DNA from: Chiloscyllium plagiosum
Lineage: Eukaryota
DNA: 20,095 nucleotides
Assembly (NCBI RefSeq): GCF_004010195.1
Contig: NC_057749.1
Coordinates: forward strand, 9,656,572 to 9,676,666
Direction: 5' to 3'
Shown: positions 17,661 through 20,095 of the stretch, one piece after another
Layout of the letters: every line of letters starts with the position of its first letter
Numbering within the stretch: the stretch's first letter is position 1
Position numbers and translations under genes: made by a program
The notes under the pieces: generated by a model
What the model was told of the DNA's origin: nothing
What the model saw: only the letters and a program-made list of their open reading frames with translations
Database searches by the model: none

Positions 17661-18059
17661 TAAAAAATGAAGTAAAAACATACAGCTCTTTCCCTTGTTT
17701 ATTGGATAGATAGCGATGGATTTCATGACAAAACTCGATAAGGTGTAATAGATTACAAGGAGGAGGACAAATCAAATATGATGGCAAAATTAATTAATTG
17801 AGAATTAATCATCACATACATCAACACATTGTCATTTCTGAAGTAGCTTCTGATATATTGATTGCTTTCATTTAGCTAATTAAGCCACAGAAATGTAATT
17901 ATTGCTGCATTGTTCTCAATTCAAGAATAAATTATTTTAAAGTTCTGTTCTAATTATTTCCTATTTCATTCTCAAATGGAAATAATTACGTTTTGTTTTC
18001 TATCTGTCAATGGTAGCACACTCAAAAGTACAAGATTTCTTCATGTGCTGTAATCAACA

Positions 18060-18240
18060 CTGTGACTCCAGCAAAATACCAAAAGAGTGCTGCAGTGTTA
18101 GAGGTGTTATCCTATGGATAAGAAACTGAGACCTAGTCTACTTGTTCTAATGCATGTGGAAAATCTCCGTTTACTACTCCAGGAAAACTCCATGATAGTC
18201 ACATGCTGTGCTCCTGATTTATTCAATTAAAAGGGACCAG
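18060..18240 (+). mobile_element. Very diverged DeuSINE-like remnant
   Basis: GACTCCAG..GAGTGCTGCAGTGTTAGAGGTG..TGGAT.AGA resembles the DeuSINE 5' body. Boundaries are uncertain. Confidence 0.4.
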
Positions 18241-18247
18241 AGGTGCA

Positions 18248-18460
18248 ACACAGAGGGTGGAATAAACTGCCAGTGGAAGCAGTCGATGCAGGTACAGTTA
18301 CAACATTTAAAAGACATTTGGACACGTACATGGGTAGGAAAGGGTTGGAGGGATATGGGCTAAATGCAGGCAAGTGAGACTAGTTTAGTTTCAGAAACTT
18401 GGTCGGCATGGACTTGTTGGACCGAAGAGTTTGTTTTCGTGCTGTATGACTCTATGACTC
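18248..18460 (+). mobile_element. CR1 3' end
   Basis: ACACAGAGGGTGGAAT..CAACATTTAAAAGACATTTGGA..GAGGGATATGGGC..GTGCTGTATGACTCTATGACTC. Confidence 0.88.
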
Positions 18461-18698
18461 AATAAATCAAACATTATCCTATCTTATTCCAATTTCCCAT
18501 TTAATTGCTACAGTTTTGGAGTGTCTGAAATGATTGACAAGGAACAAGTTTGCTCATTAATATATTGTACACTACTCACGAAACAGATTTCCGTGTTTTA
18601 TCTGTTCAGGGCCCAGCTACTTGGCTGAGCTTTTGTTCAAGAAAACTTTTCCCATTGACAAGTGAGACCAGAAACATGGCACAGTGAAAATCTCTCCA

Positions 18699-18730
<32 letters not shown>

Positions 18731-19073
18731 CCATTGTTGAATCGCTTTGGAATAAATTACAGATCCTTCCACAAGTGCTGAAATAATCACTAACTTGGAT
18801 GCTTTTAAGACACTGCCAACTATAATACATTTGTCCATCTTCCCATAGTATCAGGTTCATCAATTCTTTAACATAAAGTATCATTTTATTGATACTCACT
18901 GTCCTATTGGGAAAGCTCCAGGAATAAGTCGGCAAGAAATTACTTGAAGTTAGTTCAACTTGGCAATTTCATTTCAATAAAGTGGTGCTCTATGGTCCCT
19001 TGAAGGATAAGCACAGCTGTGCTCCAGAAATAATGGAAAGCAAAAATGGTCGTTGGAGCATATGTTTTTTTCA

Positions 19074-19186
19074 GTGCTCCTGTAGTGGTAGTGCCCCCAT
19101 CTCTGACCCAGAAGTCCCGGGTTTGAGTCCCAGTTGCCCCAGAGGTGAGTAATACATCCCTGAACGGTATGATTTTGAAAATATCA
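19074..19186 (+). mobile_element. Short tRNA-derived SINE
   Basis: GTAGTGGTAGTG A-box-like and CGGGTTTGAGTCCC B-box-like motifs. Related to 13860-13950. Confidence 0.55.
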
Positions 19187-19382
19187 AGAGATGTTTTTCC
19201 CTAGTAACAGGAGTTGGTTAGCAGGAGGATGCGATTAGACTGGAGTTTGGACTGAATTATGAAATGCACACAGAGTTGTGGAAGACACAGACTGATTCCT
19301 AATTCAGTAAATGGATGATTAATGGTGTAAGGTGCAGCATTCTCCCAGTAACTGTGTAGAAATGCTATGTGAAGATTTTCAT

Positions 19383-19450
19383 ATGAGGCTTGAACTACCA
19401 GCCTTTTGGATCAGAGGTGAGAGACTGCTATCCACTGAGGCATGACTGGC
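19383..19450 (-). mobile_element. SINE head remnant
   Basis: Minus strand CTCAGTGGATAGCAGTCTCTCACCTCTGA.CCAAAAGG..GTTCAAG is a tRNA-like SINE head. Confidence 0.45.
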
Positions 19451-19589
19451 AGCTAGTACATTACGCTGCGTGAGCAGCAGCATTTCTCTCACCAAGTCAT
19501 GTTACTACTGCTTTCCAGACAATAACAACTAATGATGATGGCTCTCCTTTTTTTTAATAACGACAGAACCATCCTTCTTGCCTTGATGG

Positions 19590-19835
19590 TAGGAATCAGA
19601 GGGTAATAGTGGACGGATGCTTGTCGGACCAGAGGTCTGTGCCAAGTGGAGTGCCTCAGGGGTCAGTGCTGGGCCCATTGCTGTTTGTTATCTATATCAA
19701 TGATTTGGATGAGAATTCCTAGGCATGATTGAGTAAGTTTGCTGATGACAATAAAAGAGGCGGTATCATGGACAGTGATGAAGGTTCTCAGAAATTACAG
19801 ACCTTGGTCACCTGGGGAAGTGGGCCGAGAAACAG
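19590..19835 (+). mobile_element. CR1 RT fragment
   Basis: Translates to QRVIVDG..SGVPQGSVLGPLLFVIYINDLDE..SKFADD. Confidence 0.9.
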
Positions 19836-20095
19836 CATAGAACATAGAACATAGAAGAATACAGCGCAGTACAGGCCCTTCGGCCCTCGATGTTGCGCCG
19901 ATCCAAGCCCACCTAACCTACACTAGCCCACTATCCTCCATATGCCTATCCAATGCCCGCTTAAATGCCCATAATGAGGGAGAGTCCACCACTGCTACTG
20001 GCAGGGCATTCCATGAACTCACGACTCGCTGAGTAAAGAACCTACCCCTAACATCTGTCCTATACTTACCCCCCCTTAATTTAAAGCTATGCCCC
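19836..20095 (-). mobile_element. Young CR1 3' end (extends beyond the window)
   Basis: (CATAGAA)3 tail, 3' hairpin AGGCCCTTCGGCCC, retained CpGs. Inserted antisense into the preceding CR1 RT fragment. Confidence 0.9.

Overview
Eukaryotic, repeat-rich vertebrate DNA. The repeat content (HE1/V-SINEs, DeuSINE remnants, CR1 LINEs, Penelope-like termini) points to a shark or other elasmobranch (inference from recalled repeat families, not from a search). The only host-gene signal is a probable first coding exon on the minus strand (3007-2904). It encodes a signal-peptide-like N-terminus (MSKPMNCGEYFPIILAFALLSPMCPSPVWDAELE-R/S), ends at a strong AAG|GTAAGG donor, lies in a CpG-rich region, and was missed by the ORF track. 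Positions 1-2903 would be intron 1 and about 4150-20095 upstream intergenic DNA. The largest element is a near full-length, decayed CR1 LINE (about 6913-11557, minus) with an esterase-type ORF1 and an endonuclease/RT ORF2. The most unusual structure is a 282-bp insertion in that LINE: two 76-bp inverted Penelope-like arms enclose a 99-bp inverted copy of sequence from about 500 bp away, and the whole is flanked by a 15-bp target-site duplication. Several Penelope-type minimal hammerhead ribozyme motifs are present, one with an intact core (15062-15099). I see no prokaryotic-type system or CRISPR array. Most ORFs in the track are repeat-derived or spurious.
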